The notes: generated by a model not told the origin, from the letters alone. Positions 28,170-42,372 are shown, counted from the stretch's first letter. The stretch is DNA of 64,000 bases from Octopus vulgaris (GCA_951406725.2 OX597826.1:61070001-61134000), one strand, 5' to 3'. Program-made: numbers and translations.

Positions 28170-28773
28170 TTAGTTCCAGAAGAGCATCAAACTGAAGAGG
28201 AGGAAACCTGTGCTGCAGGGAAACCTCGTAGTGGAAAACCATCAAGTCCGACCACTAACACGAACCGCTTACGAGTGGAAGAATTGATTTGCACAGGCTT
28301 TGATTCCATGGCTGTGATCACAAAGCATTAATAGAAGAAGCGGTTGAATTTCGGTGTTTGAAGTATGTCCAAAATAAATATCAAAGAAGCTCACACTCTC
28401 TTTTAAAAATAAAAAGGGAGAAGCCAGTTCCGATCTGCTAGAAGTGTTTGAAGCCAATGAAGGCACATTTTTTTCCGATCTGGTGACAAAGTATGAAATA
28501 CGGGCGTATTTTTATGATGTGGAAACGAGGTTTCAGTTCGTAAAATGGCGTCACACTTCATTTCTAAGACCAAAGAAGTTTAAGAGTGAGCAATCGGCAC
28601 GGAAATTCATGATGATTGTTTCTTGGAGTGACAAAGGCTTCATTTTCCTTGATTCTGTGGAACGTGGCTATACCGTGAACAACGAGTGGTACAGTAAGGC
28701 ACTCAAAGGGCTTAGAAGAGACATGAGGAGAAAGAGACTGAACATGAGTCTGAAAAAGGTCCGCATCTGTTAA
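28170..28773 (+). mobile_element. Mariner transposase remnant
   Basis: KPRSGKPS, then YFYDVETRFQ..WRH..PKKFKSEQSARKFMMIVSW..G...LDSVERGYTVNNEWY..L..LRRDMRRKR. Confidence 0.85.
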
Positions 28774-28863
28774 GTTACTGGAACGTAAACACAAACATAT
28801 ATATACATACATACATACATACATACATACATACATGCATGCATACATACATACATGCATACA

Positions 28864-28894
<31 letters not shown>

Positions 28895-29204
28895 CGCCTC
28901 CCCCACCTCCCAACAACATCGCACCACACCACACTACACCATACAACATTACACATCACATCACAACACACCACCTACACACCCATCCCCACATTTTCAC
29001 ACCTACACATACATACACGCAAACGTCTAGACCACCAGCCCTCCTTCACACGCACATACATACTCTCTTATACACACATGCACCTTCGTGTTGGGGGGGT
29101 CATCTTTACTTTGTTATCTCCCCTACTTTACTTCGTTATCTCCCCTACTTTACTTCGTTATCTCCCCTACTTTCCTTCTCGAGTGTGACCCTTCTGTCCG
29201 AGTC

Positions 29205-29395
29205 AGATGCCATGATAGATCGTTAGCCACTACACACATTTTTTCTCTCCTTGTTTTTTTCTGTGTCCCTTTCTGTAGAAGAGCGTAGGTTCGAAACGTA
29301 AAAGACTTTTTCTATTCCTGATCGTTATACTAATACATCTGTTTGTTTTGTACACCACCTGTCTTCGCCTTTTGTTTTTTTCGTAAACACTCCCT

Positions 29396-29397
<2 letters not shown>
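29205..29397 (+). mobile_element. Short interspersed element with hammerhead-like motif (Penelope pLTR-like)
   Basis: Second copy in reverse orientation at 62030-62218. Abuts (TA)n. Contains CTTT-CTGTAGA-A-GAGC-GTAG-GTTC-GAAA-CG-TA-AAAG. Confidence 0.65.
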
Positions 29398-29477
<80 letters not shown>

Positions 29478-29571
29478 TAAAATACTGAGTGTAGAAATTG
29501 ATATTAATCAATTAACATCAATTTAAACCAGTGGTCTAGCATATTCAAAAAAGTCCGAAGATTTAAAAATT

Positions 29572-29769
29572 ATATTACAATTAATAAGCGGAATGACCAC
29601 TAAAGCGGATTACTATACGCTAGAAATAGACGTCAAATAGCCTTACCACAAAGAGTGTCTTCTCAAGAAAAAAAGAGAGAACACACTCTTTGTGGTTAGG
29701 TCATTTGACGTCTATATCTAGCGTATAGAAATCCACCTTAGTGGTCATTACTCTTATTAATTGTAATAT
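29572..29769. repeat. Hairpin / inverted repeat, ~93-bp arms, 10-nt loop
   Basis: ATATTACAATTAATAAG...ACCACAAAGAGTGT mirrored by ACACTCTTTGTGGT...CTTATTAATTGTAATAT. Confidence 0.92.
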
Positions 29770-29770
29770 G

Positions 29771-29834
<64 letters not shown>

Positions 29835-30227
29835 TATATACTTACATATAAGAGAACAAAGTGTACGTACGCCGCTATATATATATATAAAATACAAAAT
29901 GGGACAAGAACGCAAAACATCCAAATAGACGATACAAAAAACACGGACGGGTCATTCGAAGCCTCTAATCTTCAGTCAAGAACCGGATCATCCTCGCAAT
30001 TTCGGCTGATTAATCTTGAGATTGCTCCACTCTGGCCAGCCCCAAGGAAAAACTAAGCTAAGAGCATTAGATTCCTTGGAAAAAGGATCGAATGTATACG
30101 AAACAAGGACAGAAAAACGGGCGATGTTGCACGAATATAAATACAAAAAAAAAACAATAATAATAATAACAACAGGACATAACAACAGGCGTCTTTCGAT
30201 ATACACATATATATATATATATATATA

Positions 30228-30377
30228 AGACGGGCTTCTTTCAATTTCCGTCTATCAAATCCAATCACAAGGCTTTGATCGACCCGAGGCTATAGTAGAA
30301 GACACTTGCTCAAGGTGCCGCGCTGTGGGACTGAACTCAGAACCATGTGGTTGGGAAGTAAGCTTCTTACCACACAC
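30228..30377 (-). mobile_element. SINE family A, 5' half only
   Basis: Reverse complement of the family A head and body up to the microsatellite. Confidence 0.85.
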
Positions 30378-31407
30378 CCAAAATTTCAAGCAGCAGCCTT
30401 TTAAATTTTCTGAACACGAAACAGTACTATACTGATGCGTTTGTATTTGAACGCACGTTGCTCGGTTATAATTACATGCAAGTAGACCCCTTACACTGTT
30501 CTTCATACTTTTGTTACAACTGACATTTTGAACTTCTAATTTCTTTTCATTCTGGGTTTCATTAGACGAAATATGAAAGCTATCATTTTGTTAATTATTG
30601 CCAATTTCAGAGAAATATTAGATATAACTCTCAATACTAATTTAATCTAAAATGTTGTCAAATACATTAGGTCCATTCCTTCTAAATAGCTCTGGCCATA
30701 TTGATCAGTATAAATTGATTGAAATATATGTCGCTTGTAGAGATTCCATTTAACGTATTTATTTTTACTTCAAAAAGTCAAATGATTCATACTTTACACA
30801 CGACTCATTAAATTCAGCAGAAATATTGTAAATATAAGACGGTAAATATAAAAGGCAGTATAAATAATACAATTTTAAATAATGACTAATTAAATAAATT
30901 TCATCAAGATGCATATGTGTACATATTTATACATGTATGAAACTAATGCATAAACATACAGACGTGCATAAATACACCAGTGTATGTATATGCATGTATG
31001 GAAATATATATATATATATATACACATAAAATATGTTGCTAAAGTGCTATTAATGGGGCTTAATTGCTTTCAATATTCAAATGTTTGAAACAAGACTTGC
31101 TGTTAAATACAATTTTCTCCGTCCGAAGGAAGAATATTAGACTAGTGTAAGTATATGTGTAAGTATGTATTTATGTATGTATATTTGTGTATGTAAATAT
31201 ACGTCTACATATATTCATAGACGTATATACATACATACACGCGCGGGCACGCACGCAAACACACACACACACACACACGTTGTTCGGGCTAAATTTGACA
31301 GCTTGCAGAAAAGGAAAAGAAAGCACAATATCCCACCCCAAAATAAACGTAAAACTCTAAAATATCAAATATTTTATGGATGGGAGATAAGTTTGCTATA
31401 GCTGCAC

Positions 31408-31793
31408 TTGAAAATTTTTCCCAAAATTGTTTGAAAATTTTCCCCAAAAATTTTCTTCAAACTTTTTGAAAATTTTCTTTAAAATTTTTGAAAATTTTCT
31501 TCAAAATTTTTCAAAAATTTTTCCCAAAGGTTTTCAAAAGTCTTCCCCCAAAAACTTTTGGGAAACATTTTTGAAAATTTTTCCAAAAAAATTTTTGAAA
31601 GTCTTTCCCAAAAGTTTTTGAAAATTTCCCCAAAAATTTTTGAAAAAATTACCCCAAAAATTTTTGAAAAATTTTTGGAAAATTTTCATCAAAAATTTTT
31701 GAAATTTTTCCAAGAAATTTTTGAAATATTTTTTGAAATTTTTCCCCAAGAATTTTTGAAAATTTTCCTAAAGAATTTTTGAAAATTTTTTCC
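31408..31793. repeat. Degenerate ~23-bp A/T-tract tandem repeat
   Basis: Recurrent TTTTGAAAATTTTCCCCAAAAAT-like units. Confidence 0.85.
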
Positions 31794-32445
31794 GGATTGG
31801 AGTTTTTTGTTTTGTTTCTTTTTTGTTTGTTTGTTTTTTGATGTTTCGGATGTAAGTGCTTCATCTAAAAGAAAAGAGATAAAGAGGAGACTTATGGAAA
31901 AAGGAGAAAGAAAACAGACCGCGCAAAGCAGATTCCACAAGTTAGCACATCTTACACTCTAAAAGTATTTCCAATTAATTTGTCCTGCACCAGTACTTTC
32001 ATTTACGGGCCTCAGGAGGATGAACAGTTGATGTGACATCGGTAGGATTTGAAACCAGGGTGCAAAAAACAGGAGCATTGCAGAAAGGTATTTTAGCCAA
32101 CACTTTAAAAATTCAGCCAAGTAAATGGATAAGTAGGTAGGTAGGTATGGAGGGAAGGAGATAGGATGGGAGGGAGGGAGTGATGTAGGTATACGTGTAG
32201 TTTGTACTTTCGATTATTTAGTAACGTCGATATTTTCTTTCTCACAGTTCTATTTTATTTCGCCATCATCCAACACTGTTTCTGTGTCTCTGTCTCTTCG
32301 TAATATAGATTTTATCTATACATATGTATGTCTGTGTTTGTGTGAGTATGTTTGTATACACACAAACACACGCACATAAGTATGTGCATATTTGAATGTG
32401 TATATATAACCGCAAGTAATGATAATAATAAGAAGAAGAAATCTA

Positions 32446-32493
<48 letters not shown>

Positions 32494-32504
32494 TGATATA
32501 TGTA

Positions 32505-32583
<79 letters not shown>

Positions 32584-33829
32584 GTATATATATTGATATA
32601 TATATATATATATGTAATGCCCCGAAGCGAAGAATCGAATCGAATGAAATGTGAATAATTATTATACTCAGAAAATTGTGTGTTGTGGTCCATTTATGTT
32701 CAAATTGAATATTATAAAACATTAGAACATGGCTATCGTAAGAAAACACCTTTACTCACCATATCATTACAAGATACGGTAATATTGTATGTATATTAGA
32801 GCTGCTGTCTAGACCAAGTATCACATGATATTTTAGATGGGGGTTTTTTAATATATATATTTTCTTTTGCAAAATTGGATATTAGATAGAAGCCTAGTTG
32901 TGTGGTGAAGGAATTCACTTCACAGCTATGATTTCGGTTTCGGGCCCTGGGCGCGTCACACACACACACCAAACATCTTTTCTACTGCTGCTATTATTTT
33001 GGTGTGGGGGCCAGAGTACACATAAGGCGGATTACCCAATTTCCATAGCGTATAAGTGACCGAGTTCACAACACTCCTCCATGAACAAGATTCCTGTCCG
33101 GTGTAGGGTTCAAGACCGGAAGTCTTAAGAGGAGGGAACACATCCATTACATGGACCTCAGTACTTAGCTGTTATTTTACCTTATCGATCCCGAAGAAGT
33201 GAAGGGCAAAGACTTGAGCAGAATTTTTAACACATAATATAAAGTGAAAGGCAAAGTGAAAAGCAAAAACCTGAGCAGTAAAAATGAAAGTGAAAGGCCT
33301 GAGCAGGAGTTTTAACACATACTATAAAGAACCGGAAGAAATGTCGCTAAGCATTTTGTTCAACCCGCTAACGATTCTACAAGCTCACCGTCTTCCATTA
33401 CTAATATAATGGCCACTTTCTTCGGATCTGGCTTATCTCATACTCGGGCATCCTTGACCTGATCGTCTCTTGACATCTTGTTACTGTTACATCTAACCCC
33501 ACTCCGTTTCCCAGTGCATAGAATGAATTAAGTTCTTCGAATGTTAAATTCTTCGTTGAAGATAAGTTCTACGATGAAAACTGCCATGATATAAACTTAA
33601 AAAAAAAGGAAAATGAAACAAACTTGAACCCCTATGTGACGTTTACCTTGTTGCCCCGTTATCGACTGAATATAGAACACCTTCCAAACTATTATGCCTT
33701 ATTCTTTCAGTTTTTTTTCTCTAGGTCTCTCTTTCTATCACCTTTCTCTATCTTTCTCTGTCACACTCTCTCTCCCTTTCACTCTCTTTCACAGTCTGTC
33801 TTTCTCTTTTCTCTCTCTTATTCTCTTTT

Positions 33830-34188
33830 CTGGAGCACCGCTTTCAGTCGAGCAAATCGACCCCAGGACTTATTCTTTGTAAACCTAGTACTTATTCTAT
33901 CGGTCTCTTTTGCCGAACCGCAAAAGAAACCAGTATCGGTTGTCAAGCGATGTTGGAGGGACAAACACAGACACACAAACATATACACACACATACATAT
34001 ACATATATGCATATACATATATTCGACAGGCTTCTTTCAGTTTCCGTCTACCAAATCCACTCACAAGACTTTGGTCGGCCCGATGCTATAGTAGTAGGCA
34101 CTTGCCTAAGGTGCCACGCAGTGGGACTGAATCCGGAACCATGTGGTTGGTTAGCAAGCTACTTACCACACAGCCATTCCTATTCCTA
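33830..34188 (-). mobile_element. SINE family A with internal deletion
   Basis: Reverse complement of family A. Confidence 0.88.
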
Positions 34189-35209
34189 TTATCAATATAC
34201 AGGAATTCCGTCATTACTTTAGTTCCTCCAATAGCATTACTTATTCCATATTTTCTTGTTGCTTTTTAAAATAAGAATGAGGTGACATTTTTTTCCTGCT
34301 ATATTGTGGGCTGTATGTTCTCCTTACCGTATTTGTGTCATTTCTTTGTCCGTGTGTCTTCAAAGAGTTTGATGTCTATATGTTATTGAAACATTTCTGT
34401 GCACATTAAAGTATATCTGCTATGTATGTATACATCTGAGTGCAAGCGTATTTATTTCAACCGTTTGTTTCTGTTTGTATGTATCTATATGAATGTGTTT
34501 TTGTTATGCCTTTCAGCTATGCATTTTCATTTACTTGTGGAACGCTTTCTGTATATAAGTCTCTAATTTTTTTAACTTATTAGGCGCGAAATACTGTTTA
34601 TAAGAAGAGAAGATATAAAATTTCATAAATAGAACGGAAATGGCTCTTATTATTTCGTGTTACTATTGTCGATGCGTCATTATATTTCTAAGTAGGTAAC
34701 TTCTCACGTGGTTACATGAAGACATGAATTCTGTATATTTGGTTAGTATTACGGTTTGATGCTTCAAAATGGATAAATTTTCCCGCTGTAAAGGTTGCAA
34801 GAAGCATATATGTTGGTTCTCAATCTGAGAGCCGCCAAATAGTGATATGAGGTACATTAATACTCCTCAAAAGCCACATATCTGTACCTAGTTTTGTGTC
34901 CTTTTGTTTGTCTCTTTTTTTTTTGGTAATCTTTTAAGTAGGGGGCGTAGAACAGACAGATTCATGAAATATTGCCCTATCTGATGAATAAATGGATTAT
35001 TATTAACGATTTTTTCATTACAGATGAACGATGGCTGTCATGCTGATAATATAATCATAAGACTCCGAGTAGCGAACTAATGCTTAAGAGGAATAAATGC
35101 AGTCATGCTCTATACGTGTAGTGAAGACATTTGCTCCTGTTCGTTGTAAACACACACATGCATGTGTGTGTGTATTATCTATGTATGTGTGTGTGTATAT
35201 ATGTATGTA

Positions 35210-35617
35210 TATACATACACACATGTGTATATATGTGTGTATATACATACACACATACACACACACATACATACATACATACATACACACATACACACAT
35301 ACATACATACATACATACATACACACATACATACATACACACATACATACATACATACATACATATGTACATACATACATACATACACACATACACACAT
35401 ACATACATACATACATACACACATACATACATACATACATACATACATACACACATACATACATACATACATTCAGGCATACACACATACATACATACAT
35501 ACATACACACATACATACATACACACATACACGCATACATACACACACACACACACACATACATACATACATACATACATACATACATACATACATACAT
35601 ACATACATACATACATA
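35210..35617. repeat. (CATA)n/(CA)n compound microsatellite
   Basis: Direct reading. Confidence 0.95.
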
Positions 35618-35716
35618 CGCACAAACAGAAAGCTTGTATTTCACTTTTTGTTTTTTTTTCTTCATTCATTCATAAACACGCATATTCTTTCCGAATCAAT
35701 TAAAAATCAACGCGTC

Positions 35717-35820
<104 letters not shown>

Positions 35821-35857
35821 CATCATCATCATTATTATTATTATCATTATCATTATT

Positions 35858-35914
<57 letters not shown>

Positions 35915-37572
35915 TTTATCATTATTATTATTATTACCATTATTATTATTATTATCATCATCATCATCGTTAATCATTAATTATCATCATCATCATCATC
36001 ATTATCATTATTATCATCATCATCATCATCATCATCATCATTATCATTATTGTTATTAATATTATTATTATTCTCATCCTTCGCCCTGGTGGCAAATAAA
36101 AGAAATCACTATTATCGTTGTTGTTGTTGTTATATTATTAAATAAAGACATCATTATTATTATCATCATCAGTATTATTATTATAATTATTACTATTACT
36201 ATTATTAGTAATATTATTATTAGTATTATTATCGTTATTATTATTATTTAAATTTGTGTGCATATTAATGAATTCCTGGAGAAAGATGTTTAATAAAAAT
36301 CCCACAAGATATAATACATAATTCTAACTGAAATAATTAGCCATTTCGGTTTTTTACTTCATCTAAATATTATCATCATTTTAATAGCACGATTATCATT
36401 AATATTGTTAAAGAAACAATTATTATCATCATCACTATTATTAATCATTATTGTTATCTTTATTATTATTATTTCTATTGTATTTACTAAAGCAACTATT
36501 ATTAGTATTAATAGTCGTACTTGGTGTTTTTGGCATGTAATTTTTTTCGTTGTTCTTGCTAAAATGCTAAATCTGTTTATTTTAATGTTTATTTTAATAT
36601 TATTTGCAATAAAGATGTCATCACCATCGCCATCGTAACTGTTACTACAATTATTTTTTTTTTAGTATTTTATTTTACCTGTTAATTTTGTTGTTGTTAT
36701 TGTTTTCAATTTTAGCTCCAATGCTAAATATATTCTTTGCTTTCAAATCTTTTGCCATATTTTAGGAATATCTCATTCTCCTTCCTCCTTTCTCTTTAAT
36801 TCATTCTTGCCTTCATTCAGCCATTCCGTCATTCTTTTACTATTTATTTTAGTATTAATTTACAAGTTTCATTCTTCACTCTCTTTTGCCACTATTTCCT
36901 TCTTTATTCTATCCTTTCTTTTTTTCGTTTAACCGTTCCTCTCTTCCTTTCTATTAACTGTTCCTTTCTTTCTTCTTCTCTTTCTTCCTTTCTATTAACT
37001 GTTCCTCTCTTTCTTCCTTTCTCTTTTTCTTTTAGTTATTTCCTCATTCCTTTCTTTCCAAATTTAACTTTCGTTTCTTTCTTTTTCCAGGTCTCTTCGT
37101 GCTTCATTTTTTTCAGCCTGTCTTTCGATATTTTCACTTCTCTTACACCGATTCCTTCTCTTCCTTTTCTTTTTCTTCTTTTTCTCATTCTCTTCCTCCT
37201 TCTTTCACTTCCTTCTCCTTCTTTCACTTCCTTCTCCTCTTTCACTCCTCTTCTCTTTTTACTTCTTTTTCTTTTCCTCTTTCTCTTTCTTCCCCGCCTC
37301 CTCCTCCTCCTCCTCCTTCTTTCTCACCTTCTCCCTTATCTTCTCCACTTCCTCTGCTTCTTTCTTCTTCTTGCTCTTCTTCTTCTTCTTCTTCTCCTCC
37401 TCCTCCGCCTCCTCCTCGCCATCATTTCTATCCAGCAGATATTTATTTATGCCAGATTGCCTGAAACAAAACTGCTAACCAATTGTTTAATCATTTTAAC
37501 TTATCAAAAAAACACCTTCAAGTTCACAGACTACGATCATCATTATCCACATCAACATCATTAGCACATTTT

Positions 37573-37618
<46 letters not shown>

Positions 37619-37747
37619 CCATCAACATTATCATCATTACCATCATCATCGTCATCATCATTTCCACCATTACTGCTGTCAACACCACCGGCACTATCAC
37701 CATTATTATCATCATGTATGCCATCCTCCTACTCCTCCTCCTCCTCC

Positions 37748-37809
<62 letters not shown>

Positions 37810-38344
37810 GTCATCATCGTCATCATCATCATCATCATCGTCATCGTCATCATCATCATCATCGTCGTCGTCGTCGTCGTCGTCGTCGTCATAGTCATGA
37901 ACATCAGCAACAGTATTATTACAGTCATCTTTATTGCTGTTAGTGGTGATGACGATAATGTTATTTTAAGGCGGTAGTGGTATATTTGGATAAGTGGTGT
38001 ATTTGGATTACCAAGGTAATGGTGAAAGTGATAGTAGCGGTGTTGGATGGTGGTCGTTGTGTGCTGGTGTTGTATACACTGTTGCTTGCATTCACCCGAA
38101 TAATACGTTTTCAGAAACAATCCTCTCATAATGCATCTATCTCACTCACCATAATGCTGTCGCCAAAACATTGTATTAACGCCATGCAATATCTACCACA
38201 CTATCACTATTACATTATCACATCACTATGACACCATGCAACCAATACCACCACCAACCATCAAGAAATTATCACTATAATATTATCATACTGCACCGCA
38301 ACATAGCACAACACTATTACATCATACAACACTATTACACAATC

Positions 38345-38572
38345 CTTTCTATTATAGACACGAGGTCTGAAATTTTTCGGGGCAGGGGCTAGTCGGTTAC
38401 ATCGACCCCAGTGCTCAACTGGTACTTATTTTATCGAATCCGAAAGGATGAAAGGCAAAGTCGACTTCGGCGAAATTTGAACTCAGAACTCAGAACTTAG
38501 TAATTTACCCGGCGTGCTAACGACTCTGCCAGCTCGCCACCTTAAATAATGATAATGATGAGGATAATAATG

Positions 38573-38634
<62 letters not shown>

Positions 38635-38775
38635 TATAATTATAATTTTTGCCACAAGGGCAGCTTGTGGGAGTGGATTAAGTCGATTACATCGATCCCA
38701 GTGTTTCACCGATACTTAATTTATCGACCCCGAAAGGATGAAAGGCAAAGTCGACTTCGGCAGAATTTGAACATA
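38345..38775 (-). mobile_element. Two SINE family B copies separated by (TAA)n
   Basis: Reverse-complement family B core at ~38345-38543 and ~38650-38775. Confidence 0.82.
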
Positions 38776-39434
38776 GAACATCACCACAGAGCACAATTTC
38801 ATCTACCCGACGCTACACGATCCACACCATCACCATCTAAGACTTCTACACAAAACCATCGCAAGCAATGCAACCACGCAACATCCACCAAGCAACACCA
38901 TTTACACAATACCACAACAAATTACGATTACGCAACATCATCACGCAAAATCGATAAAAAACAACACAATGTAACTGCAATAGCTTACACAACAGCCTCA
39001 CACACAATATCACAACTGAATATCGCCTTACAATCGCCAAGCTGTCATTACCATATCACCACAACAACATCGCATAACACTGCTACCGACACACAACACC
39101 ATCACCACACAGCGCCAGCACACAACCAGCGAGACTGATGGGAGAAATCATCCTCGGATCACAAAACGTGGTTCGAATTATTGCGAGAGTGTAATCTACT
39201 CAATACATCCAAGGACCATATATTGGAGTTAAGAGTGCGCTTACCACATTGCCTTTTGCTGCAAATATACATACCCATTCTACCCAACACATGTATTGAG
39301 TACTCATTTGGCCAATGATCTTCCAAGCTTCATTCTGGTTATATCGCATATATACATATATAAGTGTGTATATGCATGTATAGGTATTAATATACGTGTA
39401 TGTGGGGGTATGCTCATGTATATGCATATATATG

Positions 39435-39484
<50 letters not shown>

Positions 39485-40191
39485 TATTTTTTTAAATACA
39501 TAAATGCTATATTCTGTGTAAATTCTATTTTTACATCAACCAGTATGGTTTATTTCGGGTTTCCAACAGACATTAGTACCTTTGATATTTCTGAAACTGT
39601 CCAGCCTAACTTGGATAATAATGATAAAAAAATATATATATCTCACAGAATCTTAATCAAAGACATAAATGTAAGCTTATGCAGTCTGTTAGATATATTG
39701 GTGCCTTTTGGCCAAAATATCAGCTGAAAGATGTCGACAAGTTATAAAAAATATACTTTTTAGTATGAAAGTAAAAACAGTTTCACTAATAATTAGAGCA
39801 CATGATATAATAAAAAGACTGCATGGACACAGGTATAAAAAAAAAACATACTAGACACAGTTTACTGTCACACATACATCACCACCATTCATCCCATCAC
39901 CATAAAATTAGCCCTACCAGGCAGAGCACATATTCTTTATTAGAAACTTTCAATTCAATAAAAGGCAACAGACATAACATAACATAACATAACACCATCT
40001 ACACATATATTCACCATAATCACCCACCAAAGCATTGACACAAATATCGTAGTAGATGTTCTAAGTCATTACTCTTAGTGTTATAAAATCTAACTAGATA
40101 TCACATACGAAACACAGAGCGCATATTCGACACAATTAACACCTTAGGCTGCAAACATTTTCACAACTTCGAACAACACTTAAAATCAATC

Positions 40192-40293
<102 letters not shown>

Positions 40294-40449
40294 TTAGCTT
40301 TGATTCACAAACGACAGAATGTGTATACGAAACATGATGGTTAGAATAATTTTTTCCATACGAAGTTAGCAACTTACTCCGTTGCTACTCAGAGTTTCTT
40401 TATTTTTTTTTTTTTTCCTAGTTCATTGAATACGCTGAATATACCAATC

Positions 40450-41010
40450 TTCGGTGGTGTGTCTGGAAGAAGCTCAGCATCTCTGTAAAGATCAAGATCT
40501 TCTTTTGCTACACGTTATTTCTTTCTCTACAGCCTGCCTCCTTCTAAAGCGTTGAAACCTGGACCATCCTGAAACAAGACCTTAACAAGAGCGCGGTGTT
40601 CCAAATGCCGTGTCTTCGTCAGCTCCTTGGTGTCTCTCTACCCGACTGAATCTCAAGCCACAACATCCGAGAACAATACCAGCAGCAGCTAACCATTGAA
40701 TACCAAGTCCGGCAGAGCGGGCTACAGTGGTTCGGCCACGTCTGCAGGATGAACATCGGATGGCTACCATACCAACTTTAGGGCGACATCGACCCACGCA
40801 CTGGAGAATACAGTGCAGCACACCAAAGAAGACATGGGCGAAACAAAATGAGGAAGACCTAAAGTCGCAACGCCTAGACCTCGAGCATGCTAGGGCCAGC
40901 GTCGTGGGTCGGAAAGCGTGAAATAATATCATCACCAGTTCATCCACAGGCACCCCATAGCAGCGTATTGGTTGTCAGCTAGCGAATAAAAGAAAAGAAG
41001 AAAAAAAGAA
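40450..41010 (+). mobile_element. RTE-clade LINE 3' remnant
   Basis: VWKKLSISVKIKI..VETWTILKQDLNKSAVFQMPCLRQLLGV..LQWFGHVCRM..PKKTW, followed by an A-rich tail. Confidence 0.85.
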
Positions 41011-41499
41011 TCTTTAAAAGAGCCAATATAGTAAATCTGTAGGAAGCAACATTCACTTTATGTCCATCTAAAATAAAGTTCAACTTCTTCAAATATTATT
41101 CTTTATTCGGAACCCTTTGGATTACAGACAGGGTATAAAAGAAAAAAATGAGGTATTCAATAAATGATTAAGAAAAATGAATAAAAAGATTATCAACTAA
41201 ACAATGTCGCACGAAGCAACGTTGAATAAATTATATTTGTGCATTCGGGTATGTTAGATATGCCATTGCACGAACAAAGAGTATTTTTCTTAATTTTTTT
41301 GGAGAATATTATGCTTTATTTTTATATATTTTTAAATACAAAGAACTTAAACAAATGACTAAGATAATACAGAATATTGAATTTTTAAATGACTCAGTCA
41401 GAAAAAAAAAGGGCAGGGACCATGTTCCGTTTCAGGCCCTCCAAGACTGGAAGTAAAGAAAGGAAATAATTATATTCAACCTGTCCCAAATACTTACAA

Positions 41500-41990
41500 C
41501 ATAGATGCATTACATGTCGCCGCACACTGCTGCCATTCGTTACGACTAGCTTTCCTTCAACACTACTACCAGGTTCTTGGGATTTGAGTTTTCTTTCAAC
41601 CCGATTTACTTTTGGCCTTGATTCTTTTAGGTTTCGTCAAGATGCAGGCATTCACGGCCTGTGAGAGTTCATGCCCGAAGTTGTCCATCTCCTGGTCTAG
41701 GTGCCTTCCAAAGGTTTGTCATCCTACGCATGCGTAGATTAAGTTTCTGCAGAGGAAACTCAATCATCAGTTGTCAGGTTTCAACAGGCAGAAAAACTAA
41801 TATCTAACGACATCGATATGTGACCCGGAGTACCGAGCGCGGTGAAACACGTATATTTTCTTGATCAACCCTCTGCATCTCCGGCATACCTACAATTGTC
41901 TCGACCCGGTACACTGCTGTACGGAATGACAGAGACAAGAGAGTGAGGCTGGTCGCCCAGAGCTGTCCTTCACCGATACAATTCAATTTC
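41500..41990 (-). mobile_element. Highly decayed RTE-like 3' remnant
   Basis: AVYRVET..RSVLRVTY and RNEWQQCAATC resemble the RTE C-terminal domain. Confidence 0.45.
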
Positions 41991-42332
41991 AGCGCATGTA
42001 AGGATTCTTATGCCACTCAGAAGCAGACAGTTGATCTTAAGGTGCGATAGTCGGAGTATTATCATACATGCGTACTAAAATGAAACCCGGACAGTTTCGT
42101 TGCTTCGTTACACAGAAGGTATAAGATACAAATGGAGTATCGATCATCATCGAAAATTAGGAACAAGCAATCACAATGTGTATGCACGCGCTCGTGTGTG
42201 TATGAGTGTATGTGTATAATACGTGTATGTAGTTATTTGTTTGTGCATCTGCAAAAAAGACCCCATGCAATGACAAAAGGAAAAGGTAAAAACAAAGCAT
42301 ATTTATTAGATTTCCGCCCAGAAAATAGAACT

Positions 42333-42372
42333 GTCTTTGACGTTTCGAATTTAAGTTCTTCTTCAGAAAGAC
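42333..42372 (-). ncRNA. Minimal type I hammerhead ribozyme motif (Penelope-type)
   Basis: Minus strand GTCTTT-CTGAAGA-A-GAA-CTTAAA-TTC-GAAA-CG-TC-AAAGAC: 6-bp stem I, intact core, 3-bp stem II, palindromic ACGT stem III, GUC cleavage triplet. Confidence 0.7.

Noticed and set aside
29960-30030. Additional hammerheads (CTGAAGA..CGAAT and CTCAAGA..GAAA on the minus strand)
   Set aside because: Core is incomplete and stems cannot be formed convincingly.
41490-41720. Minus-strand exon with GTAAGT donor
   Set aside because: The frame is closed, and the region is better explained as RTE remnant.
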